Source of the DNA: an uncultured Lachnospiraceae bacterium
Lineage (GTDB): Bacteria; Bacillota; Clostridia; Lachnospirales; Lachnospiraceae
Reading direction: 5' to 3'
Length of the DNA: 64,000 nucleotides
Assembly: GCA_902772635.1 (NCBI GenBank)
Contig: CACYBK010000099.1
Coordinates: forward strand, 4,905-68,904
The stretch's first letter is position 1. Each line of letters begins with the position of its first letter. The notes beneath the pieces are model-generated. The model was not told where the DNA came from and did not search any database. It was given only the letters and a program-made list of their open reading frames with translations. This document shows positions 33,505 to 43,086 of the stretch, piece by piece. A program made the translations under genes and the position numbers.

Positions 33505-34203
33505 TCACTGATCAAGCACTTTTCCGGCTTCCTTTGAGATGAACTGTGCGGCCGCCTCTATTCCTTCACCCGTCTTTGCCGATATGAAAAAGACTTCTTC
33601 CTTTTCATTTCTTTTTCTGATATTTTCGAGTACTCTTTCACGGGAAAAATCAAATGCGCTTTCTGCATCGATCTTGTTTATGAGTACCGCATCTGTTTTT
33701 TCAAATACAAGAGGGTATTTGAGCGGCTTGTCGTCTCCCTCGGGAACGGAGAGGATCACAAGATCGAGATGTGCGCCCGTGTCAAATTCCGCAGGGCATA
33801 CGAGGTTTCCGACATTTTCAAGAAAGACGATGCTTCCGGAAAGCTCATCATAGTCTTCATTTTTTGTAAGCGAAAGAAGCCCCTGGCGGCTCATTTCAGC
33901 GTCAAGATGGCACATCCCGCCCGTATGAAGCTGTACTGCATGGGTTCCTGAAGAAAGGATGGTCTTCATATCCACATCGGAATCGATATCGGCTTCCATT
34001 ACAAATACTTTTCTTTTGTACTTTTCCGTAAGTACCGGGATAAGGGAAAGAAGAGTAGTGGTCTTTCCGGAGCCCGGCGATGACATGAGATTGATGTAGA
34101 ATATCTTTCTTTCGCGAAGAAAGGCGCGAAGATTCTCTGCATCCGAATCATTGTCTGAAAGAATGGTCTTTTTCAGCTCTATTATCTTTTTGTTTTCGTC
34201 CAT
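33505..34203 (-). CDS. hypB: HypB-type nickel-insertion GTPase (G3E family)
   Basis: P-loop SSPGSGKTTLL, ENVGNLVCPAEFD and NKIDA motifs. No other hyp, ure or hydrogenase genes are in the window. Confidence 0.8.
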   Translation of the reverse strand: MDENKKIIELKKTILSDNDSDAENLRAFLRERKIFYINLMSSPGSGKTTTLLSLIPVLTEKYKRKVFVMEADIDSDVDMKTILSSGTHAVQLHTGGMCHLDAEMSRQGLLSLTKNEDYDELSGSIVFLENVGNLVCPAEFDTGAHLDLVILSVPEGDDKPLKYPLVFEKTDAVLINKIDAESAFDFSRERVLENIRKRNEKEEVFFISAKTGEGIEAAAQFISKEAGKVLDQ

Positions 34204-34238
34204 AAAAAAATTCCTCCGGATCTTTTGTTCCGGAGGAA
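34204..34238 (-). terminator. Rho-independent terminator whose 3' arm and U tract form the hypB ribosome-binding region
   Basis: Minus strand: TTCCTCCGGA-ACAAAAGA-TCCGGAGGAA-TTTTTTT-ATG(hypB). Confidence 0.65.
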
Positions 34239-34246
34239 AAGATACA

Positions 34247-34990
34247 TCATATGAATGCCGGAGTCAATGCTCTTGCGGTCGCAAAGCCGACGCAGCTGCT
34301 AAGGTTCTCGTTTTCGTAGGCGCTTCCGTACTTTGAGAAGCGCCCCTTCTTTATATCTAAGGAGGAGAGAGTATGAGCTATCGAAAGAGGCATCGCGCCG
34401 CCGACCTTTATTTCCATTATGGACATATCGTCGGAAAGGAGCTTCTTTCCAAAAATCCCGGCTGAAAGGTCAGTGTACGAATTTCTGTACATGATGTCAC
34501 TGTCAAAGGTGATCCTGAACGAAGGGTCGTCCTTGAGATAGTAGGAGGTCCTGTGATAGGAGACTACGGTCTTTTTTGAAAGATTTCCGTAATGATTCCT
34601 GAAAGCCTCTATTTCCCTAACTATCTGGCCGTCCTTTTTAAGCGGTGACCCTTCGTTCATCGACTGAGTCGCTTCACCATAGGAGAGAGATATACGTCTT
34701 TTGTAAACAATGCCCTTGAACTTTTTCTTGATCTCAAGAAAGGCGGGAGTATTTTCATTTGGAACGCCGTAGGTGCGAAGGCGAAGCTTCTCCTTGTAGA
34801 TGGGGCGTTCGAGGGACTTTCTTGCAAGATGATAATCCGGTGTGTCATAGTAGATATTCATGATGTCCGACTCAGGATAATCATCGGGGACGAGCCTATC
34901 GCCAAGGGCTTCTATGAAGGCTGCCTTTTTCGCGCTGTCGAGCATATATTTCATTTCAACTCTTTTGAAGGTGAAGATATCGCTTTTCAT
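34247..34990 (-). CDS. VTC-domain (polyphosphate polymerase-like, CYTH-related) protein
   Basis: FKRVEMKYML...IMNIYYDTPDYHL...KEKLRLRTYG...FLEIKKK..GIVYKRR is the pattern I associate with bacterial VTC-domain proteins. Confidence 0.7.
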   Translation of the reverse strand: MKSDIFTFKRVEMKYMLDSAKKAAFIEALGDRLVPDDYPESDIMNIYYDTPDYHLARKSLERPIYKEKLRLRTYGVPNENTPAFLEIKKKFKGIVYKRRISLSYGEATQSMNEGSPLKKDGQIVREIEAFRNHYGNLSKKTVVSYHRTSYYLKDDPSFRITFDSDIMYRNSYTDLSAGIFGKKLLSDDMSIMEIKVGGAMPLSIAHTLSSLDIKKGRFSKYGSAYENENLSSCVGFATARALTPAFI

Positions 34991-35075
34991 AATATATTCC
35001 TTTCAGAGGTGGTTCCTTTGTTCTGAAAGTAATATATCTCCCCTTCCTTAAATGAACTTAAAGTATTTTTTTTTT

Positions 35076-37514
35076 TCACAGCCTTTCAAATTTTGCTTCC
35101 ATGGCATCTTTGCTTCCCATTACGGCAATCACTTCATTTTCGTCCTGAAGAAGCGAGACCGGGAGCACCGGGGAATCAAGCTCTTTCCCGTTCAATGTGA
35201 GCTTCACGATGCCCTTCATCGCGTGAGACGGGTTTTCGACTTTGATATTCAGCTTCTTTCCGCGGAAGACTCTCTCGACCGAGAAGCCGTCCCATTCAGA
35301 CGGGATGCAGGGGTCTATCAGCATGCCGTCGTACTGCGGTCTGATTCCGAGGACATATTGTGTCAGAGAATAATATGTCCAGGCAGCGGCTCCGGAAAGC
35401 CAGCTGGTGCGGCAGTTTCCGGGCCGGGGGGATTCGTCGGAATAGGTGGTCTGCCCCTGTACATAGGGCTCTGACTGCCTGATCTCGGCACAGTCATTGT
35501 AGGTGGCGGGAAGGGCAGCCTTCATATATTCATAGGCTCTGTCTCCGTTTCCAGCTACGACCTCCGCCATTACGCCCCAGCCCTGGGTATGATTGAAGAT
35601 GCCTGCGTTTTCCTTGATTCCCGCAGGAAATACAACTGAATCCATGACATCGCGCTTTGTCATCCGAAAGCCCGGTGCGCAGAGCTTCAGACCGTATTTG
35701 GTAAAGAGCATGTCATAGGTGCTGTCAAGGCAGCTTTTTTCCTGATCGGGAGTGCAGGCCCCTGACATCACTGCCCAGACCTGGGTGTTGAGATAGATCT
35801 TTCCTTCATCAAGGGCATCTGACCCAAAGCGCGTTCCGTCCTCGGAGATCGCCCAGAGCCACCATTTCCCGTCCCAGGCGGTCTTTTGGATGGCATCATA
35901 GAGCTTCTTTCTTTCTTCTTCGGCAAAGGCTTTTTCCTTTTCGTCTGAGAGAAGGTCTGCAATCACGGCGTAGGTCTGAAGGGCGCTGTAGAGCTGGAAG
36001 GTGACCATTATGCTCTCGCCCTCATAGCCTGTCTTAAGGCAGTCGTTCCAGTCAGCAGAAAGCCCCGCGGGGAGTGAATCCTTTCCTTCACGCTCGATAT
36101 TGAAGAGGAGAGCGCGCTTTAAGTGCATGAATACCGTATCCTCGCCCTTGTCAGAATAGGGTACTACTTCATTGAAGAAGTCCCGGTCTCCTGTCTCCGC
36201 CACATAGGCAGGGATCGCATTGAAAAACCAGAGGCAGTCATCGGAGCGGTATTCCTCCTTCTTCGGGGGCTCCATGTGGCCGGGATTATGACCTAGCTTG
36301 ATAAGGGGCATAGCGCCGCCCGTGCTGACCTGTCCCGTCAGCATTGTGATCAGTCTTTCTTTTGAAATCTCAGGGATCGCGGCATTTACGCCGAGGGTAT
36401 CCTGCACCGAATCCCTGAAGCCAAGCCCGTCGCGCTCGCCGTTGTAAACAAGGGAAGCGGCACGGGACCAGGAGAAGGTGATGAGGTTGTTGTAAAGCCC
36501 CCAGACATTTGCGGTATGATCCACGTTCTCGTCGGGAGTATGAGCTTTGAAGCTGTTCAAGAGACTGTGCCAGTGCTCCCTCAGCTTTTTGAATTCAGCT
36601 TCCTCACGCTCTATGGAGCCGTATTCCTCCATAGTCTTTTTTCCGACAGTGCCTCCCATCCCAATACCAAGGAGCAGAAGAAGGGTCTTTGTCTTTCCGG
36701 GAGCAAGGGTGAAGTCGCCCTCGATGCTGCCGCAGGCTGAATCTCCGAAGGCCTCGGAATCCGAGCACTGTCCCTCAATGACGGCCCTTGGCTCCTTGTA
36801 TGAACCGTAGGTTCCGATGAAGGCTTCGCGGGATGTATCAAAATGTGACATAGGGACATCGCCACAAAGTCCGAGCCATTCCGCCATGACTCCGGAATCG
36901 CCTCCCGGCTCCGCATCAGGGTTCTGGACGCAGAGATTGTCATGGATAGTGTAGGAGAGGAGGTTATCAGACTCCTTTTTCCCCTTTACTATGAATAATG
37001 AATACTGCAGGTTCACGAGATCCTGAGTGGTATTCCACTGGCTTGAGAATTCGCAATAGGAAAAGGCTGAGAGCTTTCTTTCCCTGTCGGAATCATTTCG
37101 AACATCCAGGCGCCAATATTCGAAGGTGCTGTCAAGTGGCACAAAATATGTGGCGTCTGTGTGTATGCCTGAATAATCCGACGAGATCACGGTATAGGCT
37201 GTTCCGTGACGGCAGACGCTCTTATATGAATCAAGCGGCTTTCCAACAGGCTGCCAGGACGCACTCCAGTAATCCTTCGAATCATTATCCCGAAGATAAA
37301 AATAACGCCCGGGCTGATCCATGGGTATCGAGTTAAATCTAAGCCGCATGAAGCGCCCCGTCGCACCGGAGCGGTAGAAGCCGTAGCCGCCCGCATTGTT
37401 TGTGATTATGGCGCCATATCGGGTGGTGCCGAGATAGTTCGACCACGAGGTCGGAGTGTCGGGACGGTCCACAACATATTCATAAGCTTCATCATCAAAA
37501 TGTCCGTAACGCAT
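35076..37514 (-). CDS. GH94 cellobiose (or chitobiose) phosphorylase, 812 aa
   Basis: MRYGHFDDEAYEYVVDRPDTPTSWSNYLGT...NNAGGYGFYRS...RYFYLRD closely parallels cellobiose phosphorylase N-termini. Start chosen at ATG 37514, after a GGGGGAAAAAGG SD. Confidence 0.85.
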   Translation of the reverse strand: MRYGHFDDEAYEYVVDRPDTPTSWSNYLGTTRYGAIITNNAGGYGFYRSGATGRFMRLRFNSIPMDQPGRYFYLRDNDSKDYWSASWQPVGKPLDSYKSVCRHGTAYTVISSDYSGIHTDATYFVPLDSTFEYWRLDVRNDSDRERKLSAFSYCEFSSQWNTTQDLVNLQYSLFIVKGKKESDNLLSYTIHDNLCVQNPDAEPGGDSGVMAEWLGLCGDVPMSHFDTSREAFIGTYGSYKEPRAVIEGQCSDSEAFGDSACGSIEGDFTLAPGKTKTLLLLLGIGMGGTVGKKTMEEYGSIEREEAEFKKLREHWHSLLNSFKAHTPDENVDHTANVWGLYNNLITFSWSRAASLVYNGERDGLGFRDSVQDTLGVNAAIPEISKERLITMLTGQVSTGGAMPLIKLGHNPGHMEPPKKEEYRSDDCLWFFNAIPAYVAETGDRDFFNEVVPYSDKGEDTVFMHLKRALLFNIEREGKDSLPAGLSADWNDCLKTGYEGESIMVTFQLYSALQTYAVIADLLSDEKEKAFAEEERKKLYDAIQKTAWDGKWWLWAISEDGTRFGSDALDEGKIYLNTQVWAVMSGACTPDQEKSCLDSTYDMLFTKYGLKLCAPGFRMTKRDVMDSVVFPAGIKENAGIFNHTQGWGVMAEVVAGNGDRAYEYMKAALPATYNDCAEIRQSEPYVQGQTTYSDESPRPGNCRTSWLSGAAAWTYYSLTQYVLGIRPQYDGMLIDPCIPSEWDGFSVERVFRGKKLNIKVENPSHAMKGIVKLTLNGKELDSPVLPVSLLQDENEVIAVMGSKDAMEAKFERL

Positions 37515-37588
37515 ATTCCTTTTTCCCCCTTTTATATTTATAATTTCAGTGGCGTTAAACAGTATACACGAATAAGGGGGCTTTTGAA

Positions 37589-38347
37589 ATGAGAAGTGAG
37601 CATATTGTTTTTGATGAAGCAAAAGATATCTGGATGGACGCGTATCTTCTTCCCGTCGAAGGAAAGTTTCCAAACATCAAAAAGCGACCGTTTGTTTTCA
37701 TCATTCCGGGAGGCGGATACAATCATGTGTCTCCGAGGGAAGGGGATCCCGTGGCCTTCAGATTCCTGGCAGCAGGCTTTTCCTGCTTTATATTGAATTA
37801 CGGGGTAAATGAGGATGCGATCTGGCCGAAGCCTCTCGACGATTACGAGAGGGCAGCAGGATATATAAAAGAACACGAAGGCGAATGGAACCTTGACACT
37901 TCAAACTTCGCGCTTTGCGGCTTTTCAGCGGGAGCGCATCTTGCAGGTTGCGCTGCCGCGATATCAAAATACAAGCCCAAATGCGCGATACTCGGCTATC
38001 CCGTTGCCTCGGAAGAAAATGTGAGGAAATGGTCCGATTCGGCTCCTTCTTTGATAGAACTGATAGACGAGAAAATGCCACCCTGCTTCATTTTTGGAAA
38101 CAGGACGGACATGACAGTTCCGGTTGAAGGCACGATAAAGCTTGCTGACGCACTTGAGAAGAACGGTGTAGGCTTTGAGATCCATGTATATTCCTGGGGA
38201 CCTCACGGCTTTTCGACCGGAGACTCCTCAGTCGTACAGGTCGAAAACAAAAACAATCCCCGTTCTTCCCATTGGGTGGATGAAGCGATAGCCTGGCTCA
38301 AGGAAGAGCTCTTTGATTTTGCTGAGCCCGAAGTTTTTCAAAGATGA
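37589..38347 (+). CDS. Alpha/beta hydrolase (esterase/lipase-like)
   Basis: Has the oxyanion PGGGY motif and the nucleophile elbow GFSAGAHLA. Divergent from the GH94 gene. Confidence 0.8.
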   Translation: MRSEHIVFDEAKDIWMDAYLLPVEGKFPNIKKRPFVFIIPGGGYNHVSPREGDPVAFRFLAAGFSCFILNYGVNEDAIWPKPLDDYERAAGYIKEHEGEWNLDTSNFALCGFSAGAHLAGCAAAISKYKPKCAILGYPVASEENVRKWSDSAPSLIELIDEKMPPCFIFGNRTDMTVPVEGTIKLADALEKNGVGFEIHVYSWGPHGFSTGDSSVVQVENKNNPRSSHWVDEAIAWLKEELFDFAEPEVFQR

Positions 38348-38350
38348 CTC

Positions 38351-38563
38351 TCAGCGCTTCTGCAAGGGGTTTGAATAGGTGACGGGAGAGAATTCATCCT
38401 TTTCACGAAGAGCATATACTACCGCGAGTTTCTCATCCTTTTTGACCTTCGCCTTCTTCTTTCCCCTGGGTTGATAGGTGACCTTCCCCTTTTCGCGGTC
38501 GGGATCCTTTGCGAGGGCGCCCGCAGCTATGATGGGCGCTACATAGTTCATATTCATATCCAT
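38351..38563 (-). CDS. Small basic hypothetical protein (70 aa)
   Basis: A strong AGGAGG SD lies 7 nt before the ATG. Lys-rich centre (PRGKKKAKVKKDEK). No family recognised. Confidence 0.55.
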   Translation of the reverse strand: MDMNMNYVAPIIAAGALAKDPDREKGKVTYQPRGKKKAKVKKDEKLAVVYALREKDEFSPVTYSNPLQKR

Positions 38564-38643
38564 ACAGGCATCCTCCTTTCAATTATTATATCGGAGGATA
38601 TTAACGCAAAGTGTATAGTATTTGTTGATAAACGGAGGAAAAA

Positions 38644-39669
38644 GTGGCTTCAGGTCTGGATGACGACATCAAGAGCAAAAGCATCAAATGCATATATCTC
38701 CTCTACGGAACGGAAGCATATCTGAAGAGGAACTACAGAGATCTGATCTTAAAGGTCCTTTTCCCTGAGGGGACAGAGGGATCTATGAACTATACTGTTT
38801 TTAACGGTTCCTTTGATATGAAGGAGCTCATAGGAACGGCACGTACAATGCCTTTTTTCGGTGACAACCGCGCGATAGTTGTTTCTGAAAGCGGACTGTT
38901 TTCCGGGAAAGGGAAAAAGGATGATCTTGAGCTTCTTTCGGATTATCTTTCGAAGCCTGAGGAGACGACAAAGCTCATCTTTCTTGAGACCAATGTCAAA
39001 AAGACTCTTTCTGTTACAAAGCAGATCGAAAAAACGGGAAATCTCACGGAGCTTTTGGCCTGGAAGGGGGAGAAGCTGAAGAAATGGGTGCTGTCGAGAA
39101 TGAAGAGGAATCAGCTTGAAATCACGAGAGAGGCCTATGATGCGTTCATCGAGATGACCTCTGTAAATTCCGAGAATACCGATACGATGCTCTTCATGGA
39201 CAATGAGCTTGAAAAGCTCGTAAGCTACTGCCGGGGAACGGGAAGGGTCGAATACGAAGATGTCAAAGCGATAGTCACGGACTGCGCATCCTCAAAGGTC
39301 TTTTCTCTTGTTGATGCAATAGTTGGAAGGGATGAGAGGGCTCTCATGAAGATATATTCCGACATGCAGATGACAAAGGAGGATCCCGCGAGGATAGTTT
39401 CACTGCTTGAACAGCAGTTTCAAAAGCTCCTTGAAACGGAGTCTCTTGTGAGCGGCTCAGCCTCACTTTCAAAGATGGAAGAGGTGATAGGACCCGAGTG
39501 GATGGTGAGGAAGCAAAGACGCCTGCTTTCAGGCATCAAAAAGGAGGACATCAAAAATGTCCTCCGAAAGGCTAATCGTTACGATCTCCTCATTAAGTCC
39601 GGAAAGATGAAGGCTGATGATGCGCTCATCGCCCTTCTTCTTTCAGCAGTGAGGAGAAAGGAGCATTAA
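38644..39669 (+). CDS. holA: DNA polymerase III delta subunit
   Basis: GTG start after GGAGGA. IYLLYGTEAYL...FFGDNRAIVV, with size and position upstream of rpsT as expected. Confidence 0.85.
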   Translation: MASGLDDDIKSKSIKCIYLLYGTEAYLKRNYRDLILKVLFPEGTEGSMNYTVFNGSFDMKELIGTARTMPFFGDNRAIVVSESGLFSGKGKKDDLELLSDYLSKPEETTKLIFLETNVKKTLSVTKQIEKTGNLTELLAWKGEKLKKWVLSRMKRNQLEITREAYDAFIEMTSVNSENTDTMLFMDNELEKLVSYCRGTGRVEYEDVKAIVTDCASSKVFSLVDAIVGRDERALMKIYSDMQMTKEDPARIVSLLEQQFQKLLETESLVSGSASLSKMEEVIGPEWMVRKQRRLLSGIKKEDIKNVLRKANRYDLLIKSGKMKADDALIALLLSAVRRKEH

Positions 39670-39926
39670 AGAGCAGCTACCTTCTTTGAAAGACGGCTCA
39701 CCTTGCGGCTGACCGTATTCTTCGGAAGTATTCCCTTTGAACCTGCCTTTTCTATCTCGCCGGTAGCCGTGCGAAGAAGCTTTTCAGCGTCCTCCTTGTT
39801 CCCGGCTTCACATGCCGCAAGAACCTTCTTGATCTCGGTCTTTACACGGGACTTCACAGCCTGATTCCTTGCAGCCTTCTTCTCTGCTACGAGAACACGC
39901 TTCTTTGCGGATTTGATGTTTGCCAT
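39666..39926 (-). CDS. rpsT: 30S ribosomal protein S20
   Basis: MANIKSAKKRVLVAEKKAARNQAVKSRVKT... Confidence 0.95.
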   Translation of the reverse strand: MANIKSAKKRVLVAEKKAARNQAVKSRVKTEIKKVLAACEAGNKEDAEKLLRTATGEIEKAGSKGILPKNTVSRKVSRLSKKVAAL

Positions 39927-40075
39927 TTTTTTCCTCCGGAAAAACATTAATTATCAAAATGCATACTTTGGAATAATAATGCCTTGAAGAACGTTTGTCA
40001 ACCAGAAATTACCTGCTGAATACTTACAAAAATAATGAAGAAAAAGGGCGGCTCTTGTGTTAAAATCACATAGTT

Positions 40076-41887
40076 ATGGAAAACGGATTATCACACATCA
40101 GAAATTTTTGCATTATAGCACATATAGACCACGGAAAGTCCACCCTCGCCGACAGGCTGATCGAGATGACGGGGGTTCTTACCGAGCGTGAGATGTCGGA
40201 GCAGGTCCTTGACAATATGGATCTTGAGCGGGAGAGAGGGATCACGATCAAGTCCCAGGCTGTCCGCCTCATATACAGATCCGACAGCGGGGAGGAATAC
40301 ATCTTCAATCTCATAGATACCCCCGGTCATGTGGACTTCAATTATGAGGTGTCAAGAGCACTTGCGGCCTGCGACGGCGCGATACTCGTGGTTGATGCGG
40401 CTCAGGGGGTTGAGGCCCAGACTCTTGCGAATGTCTATCTGGCTCTCGATCATGATCTTGAGATACTTCCGGTCATAAACAAGATCGATCTTCCCTCCGC
40501 AGATCAGGCGGAGTGCGCGAAGGAGATAGAGGATGTGATCGGTCTCGACTGCGAAGAGGCTCCGAGGATATCGGCAAAGACAGGGCTCAACTGTCATGAC
40601 GTCCTTGAAAGCATAGTGAAAGCTCTTCCTGCTCCGAAGGGCGATATGAATGCGCCCTTTAAGGCTCTGATCTTTGATTCGCTCTATGACAGCTACCGCG
40701 GAGTCATCGTGTTTTTCAGAGTCTTTGACGGGGTCGTGAAGCCCGGAGACCGGATCAGGATGATGGCTACAGGTGCTGTTTTCAATGTTGTTGAGACAGG
40801 CTATTTCGGACCCGGTCAGTTTATTCCCTGTGATGAGCTCTCTGCGGGTATGGTTGGTTATCTTACTGCCTCGATCAAGGATGTCCATGAGACAAGGGTC
40901 GGCGATACGATCACAAGCGATGAAAAGCCTTGTGAAGCGGCGCTTCCCGGCTACAAGGCGGTGCATCCCATGGTCTATTGCGGTATGTATCCCGCGGACG
41001 GAGCGAAATATCCGGATCTTCGGGACGCGCTTGAGAAGCTGCAGCTCAATGACGCTGCACTCCAGTTTGAACCCGAGACCTCGCAGGCCCTCGGCTTCGG
41101 CTTCAGATGCGGCTTCCTTGGTCTTCTCCATCTTGAGATCATTCAGGAGAGGCTCGAGAGGGAATATGACCTGGATCTCGTGACTACAGCGCCATCTGTT
41201 GTTTACAGGGTGTATAGGACCGACGGTGAGATGATAGAGCTTACCAATCCTTCAAATCTTCCGGACCCTTCAGAGATCGACCATATGGAGGAGCCTGTGG
41301 TGGATGCTGAGATCATGGTGACGAAGGATTATGTCGGAGACATCATGAAGCTCTGCCAGGAGAGGCGGGGGGAATACGTAAGCCTTGAATATGTGGAACA
41401 GACCAGGGCTATACTCAAATATGTCCTGCCGCTGAATGAGATAATATATGATTTCTTTGATGCCTTGAAATCCCGTTCCCGCGGCTATGCCTCCTTTGAT
41501 TATGAACTGAAGGGCTATGTAAAGTCAGCGCTTTGCAAGCTGGATATACTGATAAACAAGGAGAGGGTTGATGCATTATCCTTCATAGTCTTTGAGGGTA
41601 CAGCCTATGACAGGGGAAGGAAGATGTGCGAAAAACTGAAGGAGAATATACCCAGACACCTTTTTGAGATACCCATACAGGCGGCTGTTGGCGGAAGGGT
41701 CATAGCGAGAGAGACAGTAAAGGCCATGAGAAAGGATGTCCTCGCAAAATGCTACGGGGGCGATATATCCAGAAAGAGAAAGCTTCTGGAAAAGCAAAAG
41801 GAAGGAAAAAAGAGGATGCGCATGATAGGCGAGGTGGAGATACCTCAGGAGGCCTTCATGAGTGTACTGAAATTAGACGAAGAATAA
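40076..41887 (+). CDS. lepA: Elongation factor 4
   Basis: [21 protein letters not shown]...DTPGHVDF...NKIDLP plus the LepA C-terminal domain. Confidence 0.97.
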   Translation: MENGLSHIRNFCIIAHIDHGKSTLADRLIEMTGVLTEREMSEQVLDNMDLERERGITIKSQAVRLIYRSDSGEEYIFNLIDTPGHVDFNYEVSRALAACDGAILVVDAAQGVEAQTLANVYLALDHDLEILPVINKIDLPSADQAECAKEIEDVIGLDCEEAPRISAKTGLNCHDVLESIVKALPAPKGDMNAPFKALIFDSLYDSYRGVIVFFRVFDGVVKPGDRIRMMATGAVFNVVETGYFGPGQFIPCDELSAGMVGYLTASIKDVHETRVGDTITSDEKPCEAALPGYKAVHPMVYCGMYPADGAKYPDLRDALEKLQLNDAALQFEPETSQALGFGFRCGFLGLLHLEIIQERLEREYDLDLVTTAPSVVYRVYRTDGEMIELTNPSNLPDPSEIDHMEEPVVDAEIMVTKDYVGDIMKLCQERRGEYVSLEYVEQTRAILKYVLPLNEIIYDFFDALKSRSRGYASFDYELKGYVKSALCKLDILINKERVDALSFIVFEGTAYDRGRKMCEKLKENIPRHLFEIPIQAAVGGRVIARETVKAMRKDVLAKCYGGDISRKRKLLEKQKEGKKRMRMIGEVEIPQEAFMSVLKLDEE

Positions 41888-41888
41888 G

Positions 41889-43070
41889 ATGCCAGACAAG
41901 AAACTCGGACTATATATACATATACCTTTTTGCATGAAAAAGTGCCTGTATTGTGACTTTTGCTCGGGAGTATACGGACCCGAGATCAGAAAGGATTACG
42001 TGAAGGCGCTTACAAATGAGCTGAGATACCAGTCGGAGAGACTCTATGACTATTCCGTAGCGTCGATCTATATAGGGGGCGGAACTCCCACCTGGCTTGA
42101 AGAGAAGCTGATGGATCGGGTGATCAAGACGGTCTTCAAGTATTACAACGTTGAGCCGGCAGCAGAGATCACGATGGAGATGAATCCCGCCACGGCGTCA
42201 GAGTCCCAGCTGTTTTCCTACCATACTCTCGGAGTGAACCGTCTTTCCATAGGACTTCAATCCTCAAATGAGGAGGAACTTCGCACACTTGGAAGAGTCC
42301 ATTCGTTTAAGGATTTTCTCCGGTCCTTTGAGGCAGCAAGACGGAGCGGTTTTGATAATATTAGCGTTGATATCATGACCGGTATTCCCGGTCAGAATCC
42401 GCTTTCTCTTAAGAAGACGCTTTCGGATGTCTTTCTTATGAAGCCCGAGCACATCAGCTGCTACAGCCTTATCATAGAAGAGGGGACTCCCTTTCATGAT
42501 ATGTACGGCGAGGATGATGAGAAGAGGAAAAGGGGCGAGCCGCAGGAATTTCTTCCTTCTGAGGATGAGGAATATGAACTCGGAAAGACAGCTCAGAATA
42601 TGATCAAGGCGGCGGGCTTCTCCCAGTACGAGATCTCAAATTATGCAAAGCTGGGAAAGGCCTGCCTTCACAATGTGGGCTATTGGAAGAGGACTCCTTA
42701 TCTCGGGGTCGGGATCTCGGCCGCTTCCCTCATAGACGAGATCAGATATACGAATACGAGGGATATCAATGAGTACATACGAAAGGGGATATCTTCGAAT
42801 TTTCCTCTTTACAATGAGGCTGAGGCGCTGTCAGAGAAAAAGAGGATGGAGGAATTCATGTTCCTTGGCCTTAGGATGACGGAAGGCATCCTCGAAAATG
42901 ATTTTTACGAGACCTTCGGAGTTCTTCTTGATTCCGTCTATATGCTCCCTGTTGAGCGTCTGCTTTCCGAGAAGCTTTTGAAAAGGGACAGGGGAAGGCT
43001 GTTTTTGACCGAGCTTGGCGCGGATCTTTCAAACTACGCGCTTTCAATGTTTCTGTTGGACAAAGATTAA
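41889..43070 (+). CDS. hemW: Radical SAM heme chaperone HemW (HemN-like)
   Basis: LYIHIPFCMKKCLYCDFC is the CxxxCxxC motif. Conserved position after lepA. Confidence 0.9.
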   Translation: MPDKKLGLYIHIPFCMKKCLYCDFCSGVYGPEIRKDYVKALTNELRYQSERLYDYSVASIYIGGGTPTWLEEKLMDRVIKTVFKYYNVEPAAEITMEMNPATASESQLFSYHTLGVNRLSIGLQSSNEEELRTLGRVHSFKDFLRSFEAARRSGFDNISVDIMTGIPGQNPLSLKKTLSDVFLMKPEHISCYSLIIEEGTPFHDMYGEDDEKRKRGEPQEFLPSEDEEYELGKTAQNMIKAAGFSQYEISNYAKLGKACLHNVGYWKRTPYLGVGISAASLIDEIRYTNTRDINEYIRKGISSNFPLYNEAEALSEKKRMEEFMFLGLRMTEGILENDFYETFGVLLDSVYMLPVERLLSEKLLKRDRGRLFLTELGADLSNYALSMFLLDKD

Positions 43071-43086
43071 AGGATATGTGAGTCTG

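Noticed and set aside
35066-35076. T11 homopolymer as a phase-variation tract
   Set aside because: It lies at or after the stop codon of the GH94 gene (A-run following TGA on the minus strand) and not inside a coding region or between promoter boxes.
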